Source: a virus
Lineage: Duplodnaviria; Caudoviricetes
IMG/VR virus record: IMGVR_UViG_3300017765_000043
Location: 1-26,008 of that record
Reading direction: 5' to 3' (one strand)
DNA length: 26,008 nucleotides
In this document: piece after piece, positions 18,585 through 26,008 of the stretch
How positions within the stretch are numbered: the first letter of the stretch is position 1
Layout: every line of letters starts with the position of its first letter
Notes under the pieces: generated by a model
What the model was told of the DNA's origin: nothing
What the model saw: the letters and a program-made list of their open reading frames with translations, nothing else
Database searches by the model: none
Translations under genes and position numbers: made by a program

Positions 18585-21002
18585 TTATCTCGGATCAAAT
18601 TGCTCTAATCCAAATCCACCTAAATTATCAAATCCCGCGGACTCAAAGTTTTTTGGTGGTTTACCAGATTTTCTCTGATCTATTAATTCACTTTGTTGGG
18701 ATGCTTGTATTTTCGTTCTTTCGTCTTTTCTATCTTCCTTATACTTCTCTTTATTTTTAATCACATCTGCATCGGCTGTTTTAAGCCGTATATTCAATTC
18801 AAATTCAAATTGCATTAATTCTTTTTTAATTTGAGCTTCTCTTTCAAGTTTTGCAATATCAAATTGATTTTGTGCTTCAGCGATTTGCACCTTGCTTTCA
18901 GCAATACCCTGCTGTTTTTGAATATCTGCCGCTGCCGCTGCTTGGGCTGACTGCGCGTTTGATTGTGATTGAGCTTGGATATTTTCCATTTGGATTTGTC
19001 TATCCTTGCTAAATTTTTGCTTTCTTCTTAATTTTAGTAATTGATTAGCTAACTTAAGATTTTTAATTTCTCTTACATCAATAGCATCTTCTAAATTTAT
19101 TTGTTGCTGTTGAAGAGCCATTTGAATATTATTTTCAAGCAATTGTTTTTCTTCTTCGTCCGGTGTTAATTCTAAAAAAATACCAAAATCATGTATATGA
19201 AGATTATATAATTCTTCCAACGTACCTACATTAAATTTACCTAAAGATTGTATAAATGATTTTTTAGTGTTACTGTATTCCAAAACATCAGATATTCTTA
19301 AAGAAACCGCTTCAGCTGTTTTTAATGTTAAATATAAACTAGCTTGCAATATATGTCTTGTAGCTGTATTACTATTAGCTGCTGCTAATTTTTGTAAACC
19401 AACTAACGCATTTTTATCAGGCGTGCTTCCATCTCTTGCTTCATTTAAACCAGTTACATCTCTCATCACTTGTAAATAATAATTGTAACTATTAATTAAA
19501 CTTGAAATTTTTGCATTCCCTCCACCTGCTCTTAATTCTTGAATAGGTACTCTACCATTATTAAATTCACCATCTTGTGTCATTGATCTACCAATAACAG
19601 AACCTGTTTGGAAATACATATTCAATGCTTCTTGCGGATTGTAATTTGTTCCATTACCTAAATCCACTTCAGCAATACCATCCGCATCTAAAAATACCCC
19701 ATCGGGAACCATTCTTGAGAGTACTTGTTGTAATTTAAGATGCGTTATTTGAATCATATCTGCGAACGACGTCATTCTGCCAACTAATGATTCAGGCTTA
19801 CCTTTATATATTCTTGGCGATACAATATTATAACTCATTGCAACTTTAGTTATATCAGATTTCGGACGTGTCATATTAACACATTTTTTCCATTCTAATA
19901 TATTTTCATGCCCAATAATTTTAGCGCCTTGATACAATACTTCAATTGATCTGTTTACTTTTTCAAATCTTGATCTTGTGTCTTTCGGTGGATTAAACTG
20001 GTCTGTTTTTTCAATTGCTTTTTCAGCGCCACTAGATGTTTGTTTTATTTTATAAACTTGATTTTCAAAAGTTTTATATTCAAAATACAGCACATATACA
20101 TAGTTTTTATCTTCAGCGTCTGAAGTTGTATATGATTTATTATATAATTTTAAATTACCACCTTTACCTTCTATTTTTTTTATATCTTCTTCGGTAAGTT
20201 CAGGATAGCGTTTTTTAAGATCAATTAAACTTACTCTTCTTACTTCACCTACATAATATATATCATCAAAATATGGTGATTCGGTATATGAATAAACTAA
20301 ATCTGAAGGATCTACATATTCTAATTTAATACCCTCAGCGGTGTTAAAACTGTTTTTAACAGCCGCAATACCTAAAACAGTTATATCGTAATCTAATCTT
20401 TTCTTTAATAAATGATATTTATTTAAATCAAATATATTAGTTAAAGCCTGTTCTTGTGCAATTTCAGTTGATTGTTTGTAGCTTAGCTGCATGTGAAGTG
20501 ATAGTTCTTGATCGTTTTCTGGTAAATTCTTAGGATCAGTTTTAAAAGTATTTACACCAACTGCTTGTTGTATTCTAGATTTAAAATCTCTAGCGTACAT
20601 ATCACTCATCATGTTTTCTACATATTTAGTTCTTTTCTGTGTAGAAATATCATCAACTGAATATGCTTTTATGTCATATGTTCTTTCAGCAATACCATTT
20701 ACTACTATATCTACAAATTTAGGTATAATAGGAACAGGTTTCCAATCTAAATTTAAATATGATAAATCACCGTTAATGGACAATTCATCTTTGTATTTCT
20801 GTATACTCTGTTCACCTCTTGCATATAGTCTTAATCTGTGAAAATTATCTCTATTTGCAAAATAACGTGTACTCCCTGAGTCTTTTTTGAACCATTCAGC
20901 TTCAATAGCTTTTGCAACTTGCATCCCATATTCATAGGATGACTTTTCTGCATCTGGTACAGCTTGACTTGGAAAAATACCTTTTGTTATTACTTTCGCC
21001 AT
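18585..21002 (-). CDS. Portal protein
   Basis: 805 aa directly after terL. LDWKPVPIIPKFVDIVVNG and RDVTGLNEARDGS motifs. Long Gln/Ala-rich C-terminal coiled coil (barrel). Confidence 0.88.
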   Translation of the reverse strand: MAKVITKGIFPSQAVPDAEKSSYEYGMQVAKAIEAEWFKKDSGSTRYFANRDNFHRLRLYARGEQSIQKYKDELSINGDLSYLNLDWKPVPIIPKFVDIVVNGIAERTYDIKAYSVDDISTQKRTKYVENMMSDMYARDFKSRIQQAVGVNTFKTDPKNLPENDQELSLHMQLSYKQSTEIAQEQALTNIFDLNKYHLLKKRLDYDITVLGIAAVKNSFNTAEGIKLEYVDPSDLVYSYTESPYFDDIYYVGEVRRVSLIDLKKRYPELTEEDIKKIEGKGGNLKLYNKSYTTSDAEDKNYVYVLYFEYKTFENQVYKIKQTSSGAEKAIEKTDQFNPPKDTRSRFEKVNRSIEVLYQGAKIIGHENILEWKKCVNMTRPKSDITKVAMSYNIVSPRIYKGKPESLVGRMTSFADMIQITHLKLQQVLSRMVPDGVFLDADGIAEVDLGNGTNYNPQEALNMYFQTGSVIGRSMTQDGEFNNGRVPIQELRAGGGNAKISSLINSYNYYLQVMRDVTGLNEARDGSTPDKNALVGLQKLAAANSNTATRHILQASLYLTLKTAEAVSLRISDVLEYSNTKKSFIQSLGKFNVGTLEELYNLHIHDFGIFLELTPDEEEKQLLENNIQMALQQQQINLEDAIDVREIKNLKLANQLLKLRRKQKFSKDRQIQMENIQAQSQSNAQSAQAAAAADIQKQQGIAESKVQIAEAQNQFDIAKLEREAQIKKELMQFEFELNIRLKTADADVIKNKEKYKEDRKDERTKIQASQQSELIDQRKSGKPPKNFESAGFDNLGGFGLEQFDPR

Positions 21003-23216
21003 TTATTGTATTATTTTTGAAAAATTGCCTTTATTATCATATTTAGCAAAACTAAAGTTTACTTTATTTTTTAATTGTGTGCTAGGTTTTGGTGTGTATA
21101 AGTTTTTATTGCATGCCATAATAGCAAGCCCTGAACTTATCGCAGCATCAAATTTTGTTCTTTTATTTATATCAAATTTAGCCCAATCATTTAATGTTTC
21201 ATTAAAATATAAATCACCGTAATCGCCATCTGTTTTAATTCCTACATATGAATTTATATAACTTTCAATTGCAGCAGCATGCGCTTGTCTAATGTCTTCG
21301 CTTGAGTTTGGTATACCACCTATCTCTTTTTCAGCAGCTGATAGTTTATTCCAGACTTTATCAGGCCTATTAATTGAATAACCTCTATAACCTCTTCTTT
21401 TTAAATAGTATAACAATCTTGGTTTATTATTTTCTGCAAGTATTGGCATACCATAAAAGTGTAATGCCATAAGTATATCTTCAAAAAACATCTCCGCTGT
21501 TTGCGGCCTAGCTATATATTCTAAAAAAAATCTATTTGTGGGAGCTTCTTCCATACTAAATTTAGTAAGGCCATGCAGTGATCCTTTAGAACCTTTGCCA
21601 TCAGTAGTTCCAGATATATCATAACTATCACAGCCAAAAGCACCAACATGTTCATTTCCTGGGTGCTTGGTTCCATTTTTTACAATTACTCTATTTTGTA
21701 AATTTTTACCTGGTACCCAGCTTACATTAAATCTACCATTTAAATTTGGTACAAATTCTACTTTCGAATCTTTGATCCCATTTTCCCACTGAAAACTGCC
21801 GCGAGTAACAAGAGCAGAGTATCTAGCTTCTTCATTAAAATCAATTTGTTCGTAAATCTTAGCAAGATTAAATATGCTATTTTTAGTTTCATCTCTGAAA
21901 GCATGCTCTTCAGTCCTAGGAAATTGTCTATAAAATTCATTTAAACCGTCTTGATCTCCTTTTAATCCAGCAACTTCATTTTCCCAGTGTTCAATAACCC
22001 CGACATCAATAAGTTCTCCGAAATTATCTTCGACTGCTTTTTTTGGTGTATTGAATACAGGTAATCCATAAGAATCAATGAATCCTTCGAAGTTCCATTC
22101 CATAGGTATGAACAAACTATAGAGTCCTGAACGAGTTTGTCCATTACGGTTTCTTTTTGTGACATTTGAGTCATTGTATAATTTTTTAAAATTTTCACCA
22201 CCTTTGTCTAATGAGTTACTTGTTGAGCCCATCATACATTTACCAATAACTCTTGAGCCTAATCTTAACGTGGTTTTTGTAACTCTCCAGTTGTTGAGTA
22301 TGTTCTCGGGCCTCTCCCATTTACCTGCTTCATCGTGGACGAGGAGGGAAAGCTTTTCACCGTCGTACGAGTTATCTCCTGTGTTTTTCCAGTCGATGGT
22401 AGTATCCAGCCCTGAGAGCTCCTCGGTCCTTTGGTTTGTGAGTATACTCTTTTTTGTAAATTTACTTGCGGGTACACGATAAGCCAATTCTGTCTTAGGT
22501 CTATCCATTCCATCTTGTATGGGTTTAAAAAAGAATGGGTAATTAACGGATATTGGTACGACTTTATCTGTAAACATTTTTTTTGCATCAGATCCTGATT
22601 TTGATAATATACCAAACCTAGAGTCTGAAGAGATGGTAGCTTGGTTAACAGTCTCTGCCGATGCCATGAATGAAAAGCCACTCCGTCTATTTTTGAGGTA
22701 GCACATTCCGTAGCATCTTGTATCTGCTTTGCAAGCTTCCCAGAATATAAAGAATAATCTATTTGCTTCTCTGAAGTCTGGAGCACCCACGTCGATTTTA
22801 GTCCATTGCAGGTACATATAATGAGAGCCAGTGATATAAGTAGGAACATTTTTGTTATAGAACCAATAACCTTCATCACGTTTGGTAAATTCACTATTAA
22901 TATGCCCATTCCATTTTTCTTTAAAATTATTTGGTAAATCTTTCCAGTCAAATATAGTTTTTAATTTTTCTAACTCTTTTGGATAATCTGATTTAGTCCA
23001 TTTATTTTTTCCACTATTCAAATTTTTTGGCACCGGCGGTAATGCTATTTTTAAATTTTGTATATCATATATTTCACCAACCTGTCCAGTGTGACTAATA
23101 ACAACTACATCATAATCTTTATCGTAGCCATATTTCCACTTTTTTGCTTTATTAAGTCTTTTAATAGTATTTATTTTTATAGGCTCTATAACGCGATATA
23201 ACGATTGATTATACAT
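21003..23216 (-). CDS. terL: Terminase large subunit
   Basis: Walker A-like LKNRRSGFS, Walker B LLVHDEAGKW, coupling motif MGSTSN, nuclease motifs FGCDSYD and FDAAISSG. Confidence 0.93.
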   Translation of the reverse strand: MYNQSLYRVIEPIKINTIKRLNKAKKWKYGYDKDYDVVVISHTGQVGEIYDIQNLKIALPPVPKNLNSGKNKWTKSDYPKELEKLKTIFDWKDLPNNFKEKWNGHINSEFTKRDEGYWFYNKNVPTYITGSHYMYLQWTKIDVGAPDFREANRLFFIFWEACKADTRCYGMCYLKNRRSGFSFMASAETVNQATISSDSRFGILSKSGSDAKKMFTDKVVPISVNYPFFFKPIQDGMDRPKTELAYRVPASKFTKKSILTNQRTEELSGLDTTIDWKNTGDNSYDGEKLSLLVHDEAGKWERPENILNNWRVTKTTLRLGSRVIGKCMMGSTSNSLDKGGENFKKLYNDSNVTKRNRNGQTRSGLYSLFIPMEWNFEGFIDSYGLPVFNTPKKAVEDNFGELIDVGVIEHWENEVAGLKGDQDGLNEFYRQFPRTEEHAFRDETKNSIFNLAKIYEQIDFNEEARYSALVTRGSFQWENGIKDSKVEFVPNLNGRFNVSWVPGKNLQNRVIVKNGTKHPGNEHVGAFGCDSYDISGTTDGKGSKGSLHGLTKFSMEEAPTNRFFLEYIARPQTAEMFFEDILMALHFYGMPILAENNKPRLLYYLKRRGYRGYSINRPDKVWNKLSAAEKEIGGIPNSSEDIRQAHAAAIESYINSYVGIKTDGDYGDLYFNETLNDWAKFDINKRTKFDAAISSGLAIMACNKNLYTPKPSTQLKNKVNFSFAKYDNKGNFSKIIQ

Positions 23217-23488
23217 TACTTAGATCTTCTTTCAGCAAAGCCTTTAAATGACTCTGGTTTTTCTTCTATATTTCTTCCCTCAAGTAATGCTTTTTCAATT
23301 TCAATTCTATTTAAAATCTCGAACGCATCGAATATTGCAAGCTTTTTAGTTGCTGCAGCATTTTTTAATCTATCGGCTGAAACATCATCTTCAGTTTCAA
23401 TTATAGGTTCTTTAGCTACTTTTATAAGTTCGTTAACTGCTCTATAGCCAGCTTGGATTATATTCTCTTTCTGTTCCTTCGCGTTCAT
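23216..23488 (-). CDS. Terminase small subunit (predicted); true start probably ATG at 23488 (90 aa), not the track start at 23575
   Basis: MNAKEQKENIIQAG...DRLKNAAATKKLAIFDAFEIL...GFAERRSK. Small helical protein whose stop overlaps the terL start (TAATG). Confidence 0.6.
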   Translation of the reverse strand: MNAKEQKENIIQAGYRAVNELIKVAKEPIIETEDDVSADRLKNAAATKKLAIFDAFEILNRIEIEKALLEGRNIEEKPESFKGFAERRSK

Positions 23489-24026
23489 ACTTAATAGATA
23501 TTGAATTTGTTGGTACTCTATACATTCTCTCACCGTCAACAATAAATTCATATTCACTGCTTGGTGTAAAACCAACTAAATCTTCTTTTTGTATATCTTT
23601 AAGTTTTTTATCAATATACTTTATAATACCACGTAAGGGTATTTCTTTTTCAATAACATCATTTGATTCAATTGGTTTAACAAAACAAAAATCTTTAGGC
23701 GCTTGCCATTTATGATTTCGTTTATATAAAAATATTTGATCTAATGTTACAAAGTATTTGTCTTCTTTATAGTAACTTCTACTATTTTTTTCAATACCTC
23801 TAACATCATACCATCTCCTAAAAACATTATGATGTACAATAACTTCATCACCAACTTGCATTTCAGTTTTCTGTAATTTAGGTGTTGCTACCACTATAGC
23901 ATTACGACTAACATATTGATGGCTAGAAATTTCTGTATTTAACAATAATTCTTGGCCGTCAATATATTTTTTATTATCGTATCTTTCGTTTTTAGGTTTA
24001 ACTATAAAGTTAAATAAACTTTGCAT
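23442..24026 (-). CDS. GroES/Cpn10-like co-chaperonin, apparently two tandem domains
   Basis: FIVKP...AIVVATP...VGDEVIVH, repeated as FVKP...RGIIKY...EDLVGF...EFIVDGERMYRV; both follow the Cpn10 pattern. Confidence 0.6.
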   Translation of the reverse strand: MQSLFNFIVKPKNERYDNKKYIDGQELLLNTEISSHQYVSRNAIVVATPKLQKTEMQVGDEVIVHHNVFRRWYDVRGIEKNSRSYYKEDKYFVTLDQIFLYKRNHKWQAPKDFCFVKPIESNDVIEKEIPLRGIIKYIDKKLKDIQKEDLVGFTPSSEYEFIVDGERMYRVPTNSISIKYEREGTEREYNPSWL

Positions 24027-24245
24027 TAATATTGTAAATTATATTCAACAGCTATAGCCATATTTTTATTAAAATCTTTCCACGGTAATATTTCGTTATT
24101 TTTTTTTAATATAAATAGAAAACTTATTATCTTTTTCTACAATGTCACATATTACGTGCCCACCATATACTTCTTGCCCTACTGCGTAGTGCATAGCGTC
24201 ATTTTTATAATCTCTACCTATACTAATTTTTCTTACCAATGACAT
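24026..24245 (-). pseudogene. Small phage protein (72 aa if corrected) interrupted by one extra A in an A9 run
   Basis: MSLVRKISIGRDYKNDAMHYAVGQEVYGGHVICDIVEKDNKFSIYIKK stops at 24098-24096. Removing one A continues NNEILPWKDFNKNMAIAVEYNLQY to a TAA that overlaps the next ATG (TAATG). Confidence 0.7.
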
Positions 24246-24249
24246 GATT

Positions 24250-24513
24250 TTATTCTACTACTTCGGGTTCTACAACCTCTTTTTCTTCAATTGGTTTGTA
24301 GGTTCCGTCCTGGATATTGATTTGTACTTTACCATACTTTTCTTCCAATTTCGTTTGGAATTTGTTTAAATCAGATTGAACCTCAGTAGCAGCATGATTA
24401 ATCTGGTGCTTTTGTAATTCGAGGTTTCCAATTTGCGTTGCCGCATTGTTTAGTTTCCCTACATATCCTTGTAGTTCTTCTAATTGTTCTGGTGTAATTT
24501 TGTTTTCATTCAT
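24250..24513 (-). CDS. Small coiled-coil protein (87 aa)
   Basis: Heptad-rich helix followed by LEEKYGKVQINIQDGTY. Follows an AT-rich intergenic region. Confidence 0.7.
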   Translation of the reverse strand: MNENKITPEQLEELQGYVGKLNNAATQIGNLELQKHQINHAATEVQSDLNKFQTKLEEKYGKVQINIQDGTYKPIEEKEVVEPEVVE

Positions 24514-24608
24514 GGTTTTAAAATTAAATTATTAAATTATATTTACTTATTTATTATTATTACTTATTTTACTGGTTTTCTAATTTATGTAGTTTCTTCT
24601 ACGGGATT

Positions 24609-24944
24609 TTATTCAACAGTAGAAGCAAAAGGCATATGAAAAGTTGTTTCAGTTGGCGTAATCAATTTTTCAATTTGGCTGTTTAAATTTGCTTTCATTG
24701 AATTTACATCTAATCCATTTTCTAACCAACCAATTATCATTTCTTCTGTAAGATCTACATAAGCCGTAAAATTGGCTACATCGTATTCTACTCCATAAGT
24801 TCCAATAGAACTTACTGAGTGCTCTTCATTTTCATCAGTAGCACTATAGCCCCAATGTACTGTGTATACAACGTTTTCGTTGCCATCTTCTACTGCGACC
24901 TTTGCATCTAATGCATTAATGGTCCATTTGTAAGTGTTTGCCAT
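24609..24944 (-). CDS. Tail-fibre-associated small acidic protein (111 aa)
   Basis: Starts 1 nt after the tail fibre stop. W..I..L, VYTVHW and FTAYVDLTEEMIIGWL pattern typical of small genes that follow phage fibres. Confidence 0.6.
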   Translation of the reverse strand: MANTYKWTINALDAKVAVEDGNENVVYTVHWGYSATDENEEHSVSSIGTYGVEYDVANFTAYVDLTEEMIIGWLENGLDVNSMKANLNSQIEKLITPTETTFHMPFASTVE

Positions 24945-24945
24945 T

Positions 24946-26008
24946 TTAATTATTTATTTGTGATTTTAAATTTTCTATTTCTGCTTTTAATTCTTGTATC
25001 GCACCAACTAATAATGGTACTAATTTAGACTGGTCAATTCCTTGATACTTTTCGTTACCATCTTCATCTACTTCATCTTTATCTCCACTTATAGCTTCTG
25101 GCACTATATCTTGTACTTCGTGTGCTAAAAAGCCATCGTATGTTTTATCAGGATTTGCAATAAAATTAAATCGACTAGGTTTTAATTGACTAACTCTATC
25201 TAAAGCATCAGTCATTTCTACTACATTCTCTTTTAATCTATAATCCGATGATGAACCAAAACTTGTAGTAGAACCATCTGTTATTACACTTCCTACAGCT
25301 CCATTTGGATTTCTGAAAATCACTACTGTTTCAGAACCTGTTGATGAACTTCCAACGTGTAAAATTCTTCTATTATTATCTGCTGCTTCAAAATAAGCAA
25401 AATCATTACCTTTTGTACTCGTACCAAATAATATATCACCACTTGATGATATGCGCATTCTTGAATTACCTGAAGTAAAGAAACCTAACGTATCACTAGC
25501 GGGTCTATATATACCTGCTCCAGACTGAGGTAAAGCCCCAGTACCTGTAATTTGTATTGTACCTGCAACTTTTAAAGTGTCATCAACAGTAGTTTCACCA
25601 TTTATATAAGCAGTTCCGTTTACTTCCAATTTATAACCAGGCGAAGTTGTGCCGATCCCGACGTTGCCGCCAGCTTTAAAAGTTACTTTAGTACTGCCAC
25701 CTGATTGAAAATAATGGTCAGATGTTGCATTATATGACAATGATGCAGAACCTTTTAAACCATAGTCACCACCATTAAATTTTAAATAACCACCTGTAAT
25801 ATCTAATTTTTCATCAGGCGAATCAGTTCCAATTCCTACATTTTGTGATGAATCTATGGTTAATGCTAAAGTACCATTAGTTTCGAATTTTAATGCTCCA
25901 CTCACAGCTTCTAGTCTTGCATTATAAGCGTTGTCAGCAGCATTTCTAAAACTTAAAGAACCTGTACCATCTGAATCTCTACCCACAACCCAAATATTAT
26001 TAGCACTA
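24946..26008 (-). CDS. Tail fibre with C-terminal intramolecular chaperone (peptidase S74), partial (starts beyond window end)
   Basis: NVGIGTDSP and NVGIGTTSP repeats. SSDYRLKEN cleavage motif, GFLAHEVQ, and a terminal coiled coil KLVPLLVGAIQELKAEIE. Frame is open to the window edge. Confidence 0.88.
   Translation of the reverse strand, partial: SANNIWVVGRDSDGTGSLSFRNAADNAYNARLEAVSGALKFETNGTLALTIDSSQNVGIGTDSPDEKLDITGGYLKFNGGDYGLKGSASLSYNATSDHYFQSGGSTKVTFKAGGNVGIGTTSPGYKLEVNGTAYINGETTVDDTLKVAGTIQITGTGALPQSGAGIYRPASDTLGFFTSGNSRMRISSSGDILFGTSTKGNDFAYFEAADNNRRILHVGSSSTGSETVVIFRNPNGAVGSVITDGSTTSFGSSSDYRLKENVVEMTDALDRVSQLKPSRFNFIANPDKTYDGFLAHEVQDIVPEAISGDKDEVDEDGNEKYQGIDQSKLVPLLVGAIQELKAEIENLKSQINN

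Noticed and set aside
844-23447. Plus-strand ORFs of 60-137 aa in the track (e.g. 844..1257, 4024..4254, 15168..15428, 22159..22482)
   Set aside because: All lie antisense to long minus-strand genes, mostly start at TTG/GTG, and have the composition expected of antisense shadows.
23489-23575. N-terminal extension of terS given by the ORF track
   Set aside because: It uses a non-ATG start deep inside the GroES-like gene; the ATG at 23488 gives a more plausible protein.
24585-24611. In-frame NPVEETT* after the GAA-TAA stop of the 111-aa gene, the same GAA TAA A context as the giant-gene stop
   Set aside because: Only seven codons. The same context also ends the 87-aa gene normally, so it is not evidence of a readthrough signal; at most a vestigial tail.
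1-26008. Alternative genetic code (TAG or TGA reassignment as in some Crassvirales)
   Set aside because: Genes are full length under the standard code. The only in-frame interruption is TAA, which is also the dominant stop, and TAG ends the capsid and GroES-like genes normally.
1-26008. tRNA, rRNA, CRISPR array, integrase/transposase, intron or intein
   Set aside because: Window is almost fully coding with short gaps. No cloverleaf, repeat-spacer pattern, mobile-element motif or insertion in terL or the capsid gene was seen by eye.

Overview
AT-rich, single-strand (all minus) virion morphogenesis operon of a tailed dsDNA phage. It most resembles podovirus-like, distantly crAss-related phages of aquatic Bacteroidota: there are no Shine-Dalgarno motifs and start contexts are A-rich. 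Order in the direction of transcription: tail fibre with S74 chaperone (partial), small accessory genes, tandem GroES-like protein, terS, terL, portal, scaffold, major capsid, virion and ring proteins, a two-gene muzzle/stabilization protein, GNAT-like protein, three predicted ejection proteins, and small basic peptides. Several signals are not explained by the ORF track. (1) A canonical -1 frameshift cassette (G GGA AAG, 7-nt spacer, H-type pseudoknot) sits at codons 36-38 of the giant ejection-protein gene and would give a 72-aa Cys/aromatic-tailed protein. (2) The same giant protein contains a sigma70 region-2-like segment. (3) A single in-frame TAA splits its ~1973-codon frame. (4) A 54-aa basic gene appears overprinted in the +1 frame of the scaffold gene. 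(5) A long +1 frame and a GC-rich island lie inside terL. (6) An A9 run frameshifts a small gene. All functional calls come from motif recognition and gene order; no database search was run.
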